From: Giardia intestinalis
Lineage: Eukaryota
Reading direction: 5' to 3' (one strand)
Assembly: GCA_000002435.2 (NCBI GenBank)
Contig: CM018792.1
Length of the DNA stretch: 64,000 bases
Position numbers and translations under genes: made by a program. The notes under the pieces are model-generated. The model saw only the letters and a program-made list of their open reading frames with translations. It was not told where the DNA came from and searched no databases. This document shows positions 8,993-17,694 of the stretch, in pieces; positions within the stretch are counted from its first letter, which is position 1; each line of letters starts with the position of its first letter.

Positions 8993-10750
8993 TCACGCCT
9001 TCCCTCTACACACGAACCACCAGCAGAGGAAGCCCACGAGGCCCCCCACGACAGCGACCACAGCCACGGAGATCCCCGCGATGGCCCCCGCGGAGAGCCC
9101 GCTCCTGTTGGCGCCAGAGGACACACACTTACCATTGTCTAGACTGAAGCCACTGTTGCACTCCCCACACACACCGTCCACCACACAGCTCTTGCAGTTG
9201 GTGTCAGAGCATACTACACACCCACTGCCATCCTTGTTGGGCTTTTTATCACTGTCACAGGAGGTGCACACAGCGGGGGTCATACCACCATCAGACAGAC
9301 CTGCTGGGGCTGTACATGCTGAACAGCCATCTATTCCCACATATGCCTTAGCAGCACTATCAGTGCCTGTTGATGTGCCTAGGGGGTTACTACATGCCAA
9401 CACGGACTGCTGAGCATTGGTTGCCCCCGGAACCAGGAAGTATCTATTGTTGGCTGCTTCTGTACAGACACCCTCCTTACTTGATGTCTTGCACATGAGG
9501 CTACCTGGTTCTGTATTAACCTTGTAACAACCATTCATATACATAAAGTACCCTGTAGTACAAGACTCACAGACATGGTTGTTACAAGTATTACTTTGAG
9601 CCTCACTAGCACAGAGACCATCTATAGGATACTTACTGCTATCCCCACAATAGGAACAGTAATGATGCTCTACTCCATCATTGTCGATCACTATAGCATC
9701 GCAGGCCCCTGCTGTCCCACCACACGCAGTATCATCTTCACAGGCCTTTGTACATGTGACCCCAGTTGAAGGTTCTCCACTGGGTCTGTAGTTCACCTTG
9801 CATTTTGTGCACTTAAATGTGCCACTATTTGTGCACTCGGCACACCCCTCGATGCCACCTTTGGTTGTGTCACTACATGAGATGCACTCACCAGAGGAGC
9901 TATCCTTCAAGAAGTACCCTTGCTTACATGTCAGGCACTTACTCGGATCTTCCTTCTTGGAGCATGTCGCACAGCCTGGAGCGCACGGATCGCATGTAAA
10001 GCCCCCGCTTCTGTTCTCGATGTATCCCTCCAGGCATTCTGTGCAGGCTGGATTGGCACTCGCTGTCTTCGTGCAAGCCTTACAGCCAGCAATGCCTTTG
10101 TTCTTTTGTTCTGAATCCGACGCTGCGGGATCACTGCACAAACGACACACGTTGTCCTCGGTCATAAAGAGACCGTTATCAGCTCCTTGACACCCGGCGT
10201 AGTTCTTCGCCACGCAGGTCGAGGTTCCATCAAGGGTCGTCCTGGGGATCTTGGTTCCATCATCGCCACACTTACTGCACTTCGGCTTCTTGGTAGTCGA
10301 ATCAACTTCACACTGGGTACAGCTGGGATCTATCGTACTACATTCCTTGCACGTTCTGGTAGCTTCGTCAGTATAGTGTGTGCCTGTGCATGAGCCAGCT
10401 ACGACACAATCAGTCCCCTTCAGGTACTTCCCCGCTACGCAGAGGGTGCATGCATTCTGACCGGTTCCACTACACGTCTCGCAGTCGGTATGACATTTGA
10501 CACATGCACCGTTACCATCTTTATAGTACCCTGCTTGACACTCTGTACACGTGGCAGCTCCTGGACTACCACTTGGTTCCGTGCACTTGAGGCAGTTAGC
10601 CACTCCTTTGTTCTCATTCGCTCCCGTGGCATCATGGCACAGGATGCACTCCCCACCAGGGGTCACCTTCTCTGCCCTGTTCTGGAATATGTACTGACTA
10701 TCTGTATTACAAGCAGTGCACAGTCCATTACTGGCCTTTGTACATATCAC
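8993..10750 (-). CDS. VSP cassette (585 codons) ending CRGKA. It has no ATG or signal peptide and reads *WS-VICTKASNGLCTAC.
   Basis: I read codon 10748..10750 as cac (GTG). An in-frame stop lies at ~10757..10759. Its 5' 1428 nt is duplicated at 1..1428. Confidence 0.85.
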   Translation of the reverse strand: MICTKASNGLCTACNTDSQYIFQNRAEKVTPGGECILCHDATGANENKGVANCLKCTEPSGSPGAATCTECQAGYYKDGNGACVKCHTDCETCSGTGQNACTLCVAGKYLKGTDCVVAGSCTGTHYTDEATRTCKECSTIDPSCTQCEVDSTTKKPKCSKCGDDGTKIPRTTLDGTSTCVAKNYAGCQGADNGLFMTEDNVCRLCSDPAASDSEQKNKGIAGCKACTKTASANPACTECLEGYIENRSGGFTCDPCAPGCATCSKKEDPSKCLTCKQGYFLKDSSSGECISCSDTTKGGIEGCAECTNSGTFKCTKCKVNYRPSGEPSTGVTCTKACEDDTACGGTAGACDAIVIDNDGVEHHYCSYCGDSSKYPIDGLCASEAQSNTCNNHVCESCTTGYFMYMNGCYKVNTEPGSLMCKTSSKEGVCTEAANNRYFLVPGATNAQQSVLACSNPLGTSTGTDSAAKAYVGIDGCSACTAPAGLSDGGMTPAVCTSCDSDKKPNKDGSGCVVCSDTNCKSCVVDGVCGECNSGFSLDNGKCVSSGANRSGLSAGAIAGISVAVVAVVGGLVGFLCWWFVCRGKA

Positions 10751-10817
10751 ACTCCACTATCACACTATCACCCTCTATTACCCATTATCACACATTGTAT
10801 AGCATTCACTACCTAAG
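10751..10817 (-). repeat. VSP inter-cassette spacer, identical to 1429..1495.
   Basis: Seen in the sequence. Confidence 0.75.
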
Positions 10818-12887
10818 TCACGCCTTCCCCCTGCACACGAACCACCAGCAGAGGAAGCCCACGAGGCCCCCCACGACAGCGACCACAGCCACGGAGATCC
10901 CCGCGATGGCCCCCGCGGAGAGCCCGCTCCTGTTGGCGCCAGAGGACACACACTTACCATTGTCTAGACTGAAGCCACTGTTGCACTCCCCACATATATT
11001 ATCCATCACACAGCTCTTACAACCACCCACAGAGCACAGGACACACCCACTGCCGTCCCTGTTGGGCTTCTTACTACTGTCACAGGAGGTACAGACAGCG
11101 GGGGCCATACCACCATCAGACAGAGCTGCTGGGGCTGTACACTGGGAGCAGCCCTCTACTCCCACATATGCCTTAGCAGTATCACCAGTGCCTGTCAGTG
11201 TGCCTAGGGGGTTGCTACAAGCCAACACAGACTGATCAGTGTTGGATGCACCAGGCACTACGAAGTACCTATTGTTGGCTGCTTCTGTGCAGATCCCAGT
11301 ATTACCTGCTGTCTTGCACATGAAGCTACCAGGAGCCTTCTGAGTGCTATAACAGCCACCCATGTATAGGAAGTAGTTGTTGGTGCACTGTGTACATACA
11401 CCATTAGCACAAGTATTCCCAGCCTTTTGAGCCTCACTAGCACAGAGACCATCTATAGGAGCTTGTGAACTATCTCCACAATAGGAACAGTAGTGCTTTG
11501 TGGTGCCCTGATCATCTATTACGATGGCATCACAAGAGCCAGCTGTCCCCCCACAAGCCGTGGGGTCCTCGCAGGTCTTCTCTGTGCATGTATAGTTGTC
11601 TGAGGTTCCAGCGGGCTTCCTGTTAGGCTTGCACTTTGTGCACTTGAGAGGTCCTGTAGACTCCTTTGTGCACTCGGCACACCCATCGATGCCCCCCTGT
11701 GCATTATCACAAGCAACGCACTCACCAGTAGGACCATTGCCTTTCATGAAGAATCCAGGCTTGCATTTAGTGCACTTATCATTGCCAGCTTGAGTGCAGG
11801 TGGCACAGTTGGCACCACAGGCTTCACATGTAACCGTACCACCATTTCCACTATTGTAATATCCGTCGAGGCACTCCGAGCAGGTCGGCTTGGCTCCGTT
11901 CTTCTTACATGTTTTACACCCAGGCGTCCCTTTATTAGCTTCTAAACTTTCACTATCATCACTACACAATATGCACTTGGTGCTACCATCATTTAGAAAG
12001 TGGGATCCGTCAACGTTACTTGTTGCGCACCCATTTGCATCGACACAGGTTGTCGTGCCATCGATGGCCGTCTTCACCATCTTCTGACCACCGCAGTTAG
12101 TGCACTTCGGCTTCTTGGTAGTCGAATCAACCTCACACTGGGTACATGCTTGATCTATCGTGTTGCAAGGAAGGCACTTCCCCGACTCCGGGTCAGCATA
12201 AGTGTTTCCAGTGCATCCATTATTATTCACGCATGACTTGTCACCCTTCAAGTACTTCCCCTCTGGACACGATGTGCACTGGGCCGCCGATGTCTCACAG
12301 GTCAGACAAGTACCATCACACTTGCTACATGCCTGAAAGTCCTTGTAGTACCCTGCTTGACAGGCAGTACACGTGGCTGCCCCCTTATTACTGTCTGACT
12401 TGGTACACTGTGCGCAGTTAGCCACCCCCGTATATCCATCTGCTCCATTGATATCGGAGCACAGTATGCACTCACTACCCTTCTCTGGTGTTGCAGCAGG
12501 GTTCTTGAACAGGCCGTTAGCTGTCTTACACTCAGTGCACAGTCCTCCCTCAGCCTTTGTGCATATCTCGCTGCCGGGCCCGTCGGTTGTCTTGTAGCAC
12601 CCGCCCATGAAGAGGAAGTACCCGTCGCCGCACTTCTCGCAGGTTGCTGTCATCTTGTCAAGGGCAGCCCCGCCCGCTTTGGTGCACCCGGCTGCCGCGG
12701 CCTGGGGGGAGCCGAAGGGTCGGCAGAAGCCGTCGACCGGGACGCCCCCGGTCTTGCACTCGGTGCAGATCTCGGCTGACCCGACCGTCTCGCACTTGCC
12801 GGTCTGGCAGGTCGCGGCGTGGTCTCCGTCTGGCTGGCAGGCCGCCATGAGCGCGCTCGCTACGAACAGGGGTATCAGTTGGAACAT
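10818..12887 (-). CDS. Complete VSP gene (~689 aa). It has an ATG in an Inr-like context (CTCTAATGTTCC) and a signal peptide (MFQLIPLFVASALMAACQ). It has VSP repeats, a TM helix and a CRGKA tail. It is the head of the array.
   Basis: The track ORF 10818..13076 starts at a GTG. The first in-frame ATG, at 12887..12885, is followed by a hydrophobic leader. Everything downstream of the leader is VSP-like. Confidence 0.85.
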   Translation of the reverse strand: MFQLIPLFVASALMAACQPDGDHAATCQTGKCETVGSAEICTECKTGGVPVDGFCRPFGSPQAAAAGCTKAGGAALDKMTATCEKCGDGYFLFMGGCYKTTDGPGSEICTKAEGGLCTECKTANGLFKNPAATPEKGSECILCSDINGADGYTGVANCAQCTKSDSNKGAATCTACQAGYYKDFQACSKCDGTCLTCETSAAQCTSCPEGKYLKGDKSCVNNNGCTGNTYADPESGKCLPCNTIDQACTQCEVDSTTKKPKCTNCGGQKMVKTAIDGTTTCVDANGCATSNVDGSHFLNDGSTKCILCSDDSESLEANKGTPGCKTCKKNGAKPTCSECLDGYYNSGNGGTVTCEACGANCATCTQAGNDKCTKCKPGFFMKGNGPTGECVACDNAQGGIDGCAECTKESTGPLKCTKCKPNRKPAGTSDNYTCTEKTCEDPTACGGTAGSCDAIVIDDQGTTKHYCSYCGDSSQAPIDGLCASEAQKAGNTCANGVCTQCTNNYFLYMGGCYSTQKAPGSFMCKTAGNTGICTEAANNRYFVVPGASNTDQSVLACSNPLGTLTGTGDTAKAYVGVEGCSQCTAPAALSDGGMAPAVCTSCDSSKKPNRDGSGCVLCSVGGCKSCVMDNICGECNSGFSLDNGKCVSSGANRSGLSAGAIAGISVAVVAVVGGLVGFLCWWFVCRGKA

Positions 12888-12900
12888 TAGAGGGTCCCCT
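12880..12900 (-). promoter_or_regulatory. Initiator-like element around the VSP start codon (gene-strand GACCCTCTAATGTTCC, matching the Giardia VSP Inr PyAATGTT).
   Basis: Read directly from the sequence. The Inr consensus is established knowledge for Giardia VSP genes. Confidence 0.45.
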
Positions 12901-15675
12901 GCTGTGGCCTCTACCCCGTCTGTGGCTACCCAGCACGGCACACGGGGGGAGCGCTGTTCCACCCCTGCCTTGGAGGCCCCTGTCTCGACTCGGCCCACAG
13001 CACCAGAGCGTGGTGGTCTTCCACTCTTGGGCCCCGCACAGCCCGTCTCTGTGCCCAAGCGACTCACCCCAGGCACTCACACGACGGAGACCCCCGCGGC
13101 AGTGCTCCGGCAGGCGGGCTGCGCTGATGTCCGGCCCGGCGCAGAGCCCAGAAGGCTCAGAGGTCATGGCTCCTTGATGACTGCCATGTCGTTCTCCTCG
13201 CTCGGTTGACATGCACCCTGCTAGAAGGCTCCCACTTACTCGAGCTCATGCCCCCCTGTGGTGACTCTGCTCGACCATCAGCGAGGGTCCCGGTCCTCCT
13301 CCCAATAGGCCGGCCTCAGGTCCCCCGTGATCTGCCAGACCGGGCAGAGTGATCGCGGCGCCCGTCAGAGCCTGAGCCGACAGGCCCGCAGTGAAGTGCG
13401 CCTGGATCCACGGAGATCGTTCACTCCCCCAGTGGGCCGCAGCTTCCCCTGCCCTGCTGACAGTCCTCCAGCGAGGGCATGTCGTTGTGGGGCAGTCTTC
13501 TCGTCCTGCCGTGCACACAGGGCCCGACTGGTGACTTTCGGACAGTCCCGATGGTATGCCTGAAGCCCCGCCACGGCAGAGGGGGCAGCACACGGGGCGG
13601 CCCCTACGCTGCTACAGATTGCAATGGCAGCAGAGACCCCCTGCCCGAGAGGCCCGTGCATTGGCTGTGGCGGCCATCCACTCCATGCGGGCCCGGTGCG
13701 GCGCTCCTGGAGAGCCCTTGCCTCTGGTGGTGCTGACAGGGCTCCCGAGGGACCAAGGCGTCAGACGAGGGACGGGCCGAGCAGGACTCCCAGCCCACAT
13801 GCAGATGTCCCTGCCGTGTGCCCGGTCCTGTAGAGACCCGAGCCGCTGGAGGTGTCCCTCGGCATCCGGCCCCCTGCTGTGCCAGTCGGTGCAGGGGAGC
13901 AGCGTACAGGGCCCTCATGGGCAGTCTCCTCTCACAGACAGGGCACCAGGGGTCTCAGCAACCGACCGGCCGATGCAAGGGACAGGCTCTCCTGCCACGA
14001 CGGCGCTCTGCTGCTAGGAGGGTCTGGCGGACAAGCTATCAGCACACGCACTCTCCTGGGCCGCCTCGGGGCACTCCAGCGTGGCCAGCGGCTTGCGGAT
14101 CAGTCTGGTGTCCCGGAGCGTGTGAGGAAGATGAGGGGTTTACTCTGGGCTGCCGTCTTGTCGAGGGCAGTCCCGTGCATGAAGCTCTGAACTCATGTGA
14201 TGCCGGTCCAGAGGCACCTCTGACGAGAGCATTAACAAGAGAAGCGTTGAGTAGTCAATGGTCCATCCTGTAAGCAAGCTGCTAGGTGCGAAGGCATTGA
14301 ATCTGTGTGCGGTCGCATGGCCACACATCACGACCCACAACGTCATAGCGCACCGCATAGCTGGCACACCCCAAGGGTGTATGGAGACAGTAGACCAGTA
14401 GTTTAATGGATCAAGGCAGAGACTGTGCCACAAAGCGTGGAAAGACGGGTTCCACAGAAGCTGGTAAGCTACGATCACCAGTCTTCTATAATAGTGAGTG
14501 ATGTCAACAATCTCTTCCCGAAGGAGCTTACAGATCTATCTCTAATCAGCTAACTGGGGGATAAAGAAAAACAACTAGGGTCTACCGTGAGGCACCCTGC
14601 CACAGTTGATCATGGCAGCCACCGATGAATGCACTCCATTCCACAGAATAATAGACACCCGGAGTCCTTTCAATCTGATCGAGTCTAAGTCCACAGCAGA
14701 CCGCCCGGCCCGAGAGCCTACTGTTGCTGGGCGAGGGGCGTCAGTGGACCGTAGCCTTCCATAGACTGGGATAGGTGACCAGTGTCGGGGCTCGTCAACC
14801 ATGATGAATCGGCTGTGATCGGGTATTTCCCTGCCGCATAACTGGGACATGCAGAACAGCTCTGGGCAGAGCGAGAAATTGACTGGAGTGGCGGGGCTGA
14901 ATCCCTCGATTGATGCCAATCTCTGACTACGATATCGGGCGACTCATCGATCTTTTTAGCGATACTAGCCGAGAGTTACAGCTGTCTTTACTTAAGCTAT
15001 CTTTGCGCTTCACTATGCTGATGTTGCTTGTTGTACAGTAAGTCTGTGCTTGCTTAATCTAGATGCCTTTGCACAATAATACCGTAGATGCGCTTAACGA
15101 TTACCCATCAATGCAACTTTTTGCTGAGCTGATTGCATATTATAAAAGTCAATTGTGTCTAAGAAGCTAGCGCCTCAGTAAACCAAAGGAAGGCATATAC
15201 GATGTTAAAAAGTGCCTCTCTAACGTACAATTGACACCTTAATATTCTTCTGATTGTCAATGGCTATAAAGTGAATCTCGTCCGTAGTAAATTCTTAGAG
15301 GAGTTCACAGCTTCTTTGTTATAGCGGACTTGCACACAAATGCACCTCACTTGATGGTCAACACATTTCAATCAGATCAATCAAAAAAATTATTACAATT
15401 CTAGCCAAGTAAAAATCCAATCTTGAGTAAAGATTGAGTTCGATGGCGGCGTGGCAGTCTACATTATAACATCCCTAGGATTTACTGCTGAAAATTGCTG
15501 AGCAATGGCCAATGTGGATACAATTAGATCGTATTAAATAATTGCAATCACTTTAACTGTACATCGCTTGGGGCAGTAAGCAGTTCAGCAGTGCTGGTTT
15601 AGCTTTAGCAAACAAATAAGGTTTGGAAAGACGGTGACTTTATTTTGAATCGATGTTTTTAATAACTTTTATCCT

Positions 15676-16494
15676 ATGAGCGGGTACTGGACTGGAACTA
15701 CAAAGATACTGCTTCTGGTGGGGATTCCATGCATTATTACCACATATACGATAGCCGTTGTTCCACGCAGTCTCATTGGCGTTATTAACGTACTAAACTT
15801 GGAATATAGCTTCAGTTGGAAACTACACTTTTTCTATGAGTTTAGAGCATGGTTTGGAACAGTTATAGTGCTCTCTATTTTAGTTCTTTACTTCTTTGTG
15901 TCCCATTTGATGCTATGTTGCAGCTGCAGTAAAACTCGGAATGTGGTTGTCTATTGCTATCTAGCGTCAATTGGAACTGGGTATTGTGCAATTGTAGATC
16001 TATTTTCCTGCATAGTTACGCCATTTGTTAACCTCGAATCTGCCTATATTTCTTTATTACTCATAGGAGATCTATCCAAATACGCCACATTGAGTGTCGG
16101 GATTGCCTGGCTCTTTACTGTCACTGCAGGAGTACTTCTCCTAAATACCGAGTCAGCTTGCTTGCGAGCCCTTACGCCGACCATTGGCTCACTAATTTCA
16201 TTTGGACTTCCTTTATTCATCGTATTGATAAATGGTGTCGGGCACTACAATGTGTATACAACTCCACATTATATTATAGCCAGCTTTGTTCTAGCATTTC
16301 TAAGTCTGGTCTGCTATTTGCTCGCATATTTTGTGGAATTTCAAAAGACAAAGATTCTGAACAAGTATGATGTATTTGGTGGTCCTTCCACTTCGTTTGG
16401 GAGAACCCCGGCCTCCTCTACTACGATGCTAAGCACTGCCCACGATTCATCTACGTATCGAGGCTACTCAAATGATGCCTATTTGTATGCTTAG
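15676..16494 (+). CDS. Hypothetical multi-pass membrane protein (272 aa).
   Basis: The ORF has about seven hydrophobic segments. An AT-rich tract precedes it. I recognise no family. Confidence 0.5.
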   Translation: MSGYWTGTTKILLLVGIPCIITTYTIAVVPRSLIGVINVLNLEYSFSWKLHFFYEFRAWFGTVIVLSILVLYFFVSHLMLCCSCSKTRNVVVYCYLASIGTGYCAIVDLFSCIVTPFVNLESAYISLLLIGDLSKYATLSVGIAWLFTVTAGVLLLNTESACLRALTPTIGSLISFGLPLFIVLINGVGHYNVYTTPHYIIASFVLAFLSLVCYLLAYFVEFQKTKILNKYDVFGGPSTSFGRTPASSTTMLSTAHDSSTYRGYSNDAYLYA

Positions 16495-16747
16495 TGTTTT
16501 ATTGGGCCAATGCCACTATGCAATCTACTCTGCTACTGATGTGATATCGGAATACAGATCCTGCAAACGCTCATAATGCACAGTACTGAGTGTTAGTAAA
16601 TTTTGTTCATCAGATCACGAAGAAGCAAGATCTTGTCGTAGAAAAGATGCTAGTATGCAGGTCTGCTAAATGAATAGCAGAATAGCAGGTTCATTGGACG
16701 CCTTCTCACAAGTAGACATCTGTCCGCCGGCAAAAAATTGAGATTTC

Positions 16748-17668
16748 ATGCAGGTTCAGCAGAACCCAGAATTCCTCGGCTCGCAGCAAGTTACCGAAAG
16801 AACTCAGAGCCTCTTTCGCCCAGTTAATTCGATGAGTGATCCGCGTGTGGCGAAGGGCAGCACATGGGCTCGGGAAGCAGGCGGATCCAACTATGGCCGC
16901 TCCCTGGGGCTGACGAATACCAGGACTCGTGCACTTCAAAACGCTGCACGAACGGGTGTTAGCGACCTAATGAGCATGGTTCCAGAGAGACCGTCGCTGC
17001 CATCAATTCCTGTCCAAACTGCTCCCTACCTTGAGGCGTATCCAGATAAAATCGAAGAGGCTGGCGCCTGCACCCAGACAGACCCTATGCTTGAAATCAA
17101 GGAACCTGCCCCCTACGTTCCGCCGCCCCAGGGTATCGATGTGTCTACACAGATAGAAGAGGGCGATCTCTTTGACTTTGATAGAGAGGTTCAGCCGATC
17201 CTGGATGTGCTAGTCGGCTCTGTGCTGCAGCAAGCTCTCAGGGAATTTTCAGACGAAGAAGAGTTGCGATTGATTCGCATAGCCAGAGACAAGGTGCGGC
17301 AGCGCCGTGCTGCAGAGCTTCAGGAAGTCCGTCGCTTAGAGGAGGCAGAGCGTCGCAGAAGAGCCGAGATTGTCAAGCGCCAGGTTGAAGACCTCAGGAG
17401 AAAGGAGCTTGAGGAGGCCGTTGCCCGCAAGATGGCTGCCCAAACATTTGCCACAGCATATGCTGCTGAGTTGGAAAAGGATGCTGTGGACTCAATTGAA
17501 ACACGTGGCGGATTTATTTCGCCATTGGAGGCAGCAGTGACCGGCAGCTTCGTTCCGTACATCGTCTCTACCTCTATTACAAAAGCGAAGGCTAGGGGCC
17601 GCATTCATTCTATCTTGCGCTGCATCATAGAAGAGGCAGTCAGGACAGGACTCTCCATGGAAAGTTAA
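16748..17668 (+). CDS. Radial spoke protein 3 (RSP3)-like axonemal protein.
   Basis: GDLFDFDREVQPILDVLVGSVLQQAL...EEELRLIR...EVRRLEE matches the conserved RSP3 core (ELFDFDLEVKPVLEVLVGK...). Confidence 0.65.
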   Translation: MQVQQNPEFLGSQQVTERTQSLFRPVNSMSDPRVAKGSTWAREAGGSNYGRSLGLTNTRTRALQNAARTGVSDLMSMVPERPSLPSIPVQTAPYLEAYPDKIEEAGACTQTDPMLEIKEPAPYVPPPQGIDVSTQIEEGDLFDFDREVQPILDVLVGSVLQQALREFSDEEELRLIRIARDKVRQRRAAELQEVRRLEEAERRRRAEIVKRQVEDLRRKELEEAVARKMAAQTFATAYAAELEKDAVDSIETRGGFISPLEAAVTGSFVPYIVSTSITKAKARGRIHSILRCIIEEAVRTGLSMES

Positions 17669-17694
17669 TAACCGGCTAATAAACTATTATATTC

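Noticed and set aside
1496-10750. 'M' start residues given by the ORF track for the inner VSP units (MICTAAS, MCTTCK, MICTKAS) and for the 752-aa version of the head gene starting at 13076.
   Set aside because: Read from the sequence, these first codons are GTG (cac on the plus strand). The track evidently accepts alternative starts. They are not ATG initiators. The head gene's real ATG is at 12887.
253-13212. Numerous 60-240-aa plus-strand and alternative-frame ORFs overlapping the VSP units (for example 476..868, 1416..1913, 4833..5516, 7000..7596, 8688..9413, 12607..13209).
   Set aside because: They are antisense or out of frame to the long VSP ORFs. Their translations are low-complexity (H/T/P/S-rich) and recur only because the underlying VSP DNA is repeated. 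They are not independent genes.
13246-14478. Overlapping 60-150-aa ORFs on both strands of the GC-rich island.
   Set aside because: They are Arg/Pro/Gly/Ala-rich. ORFs like this are expected by chance in high-GC non-coding DNA. I see no motif and no start context.
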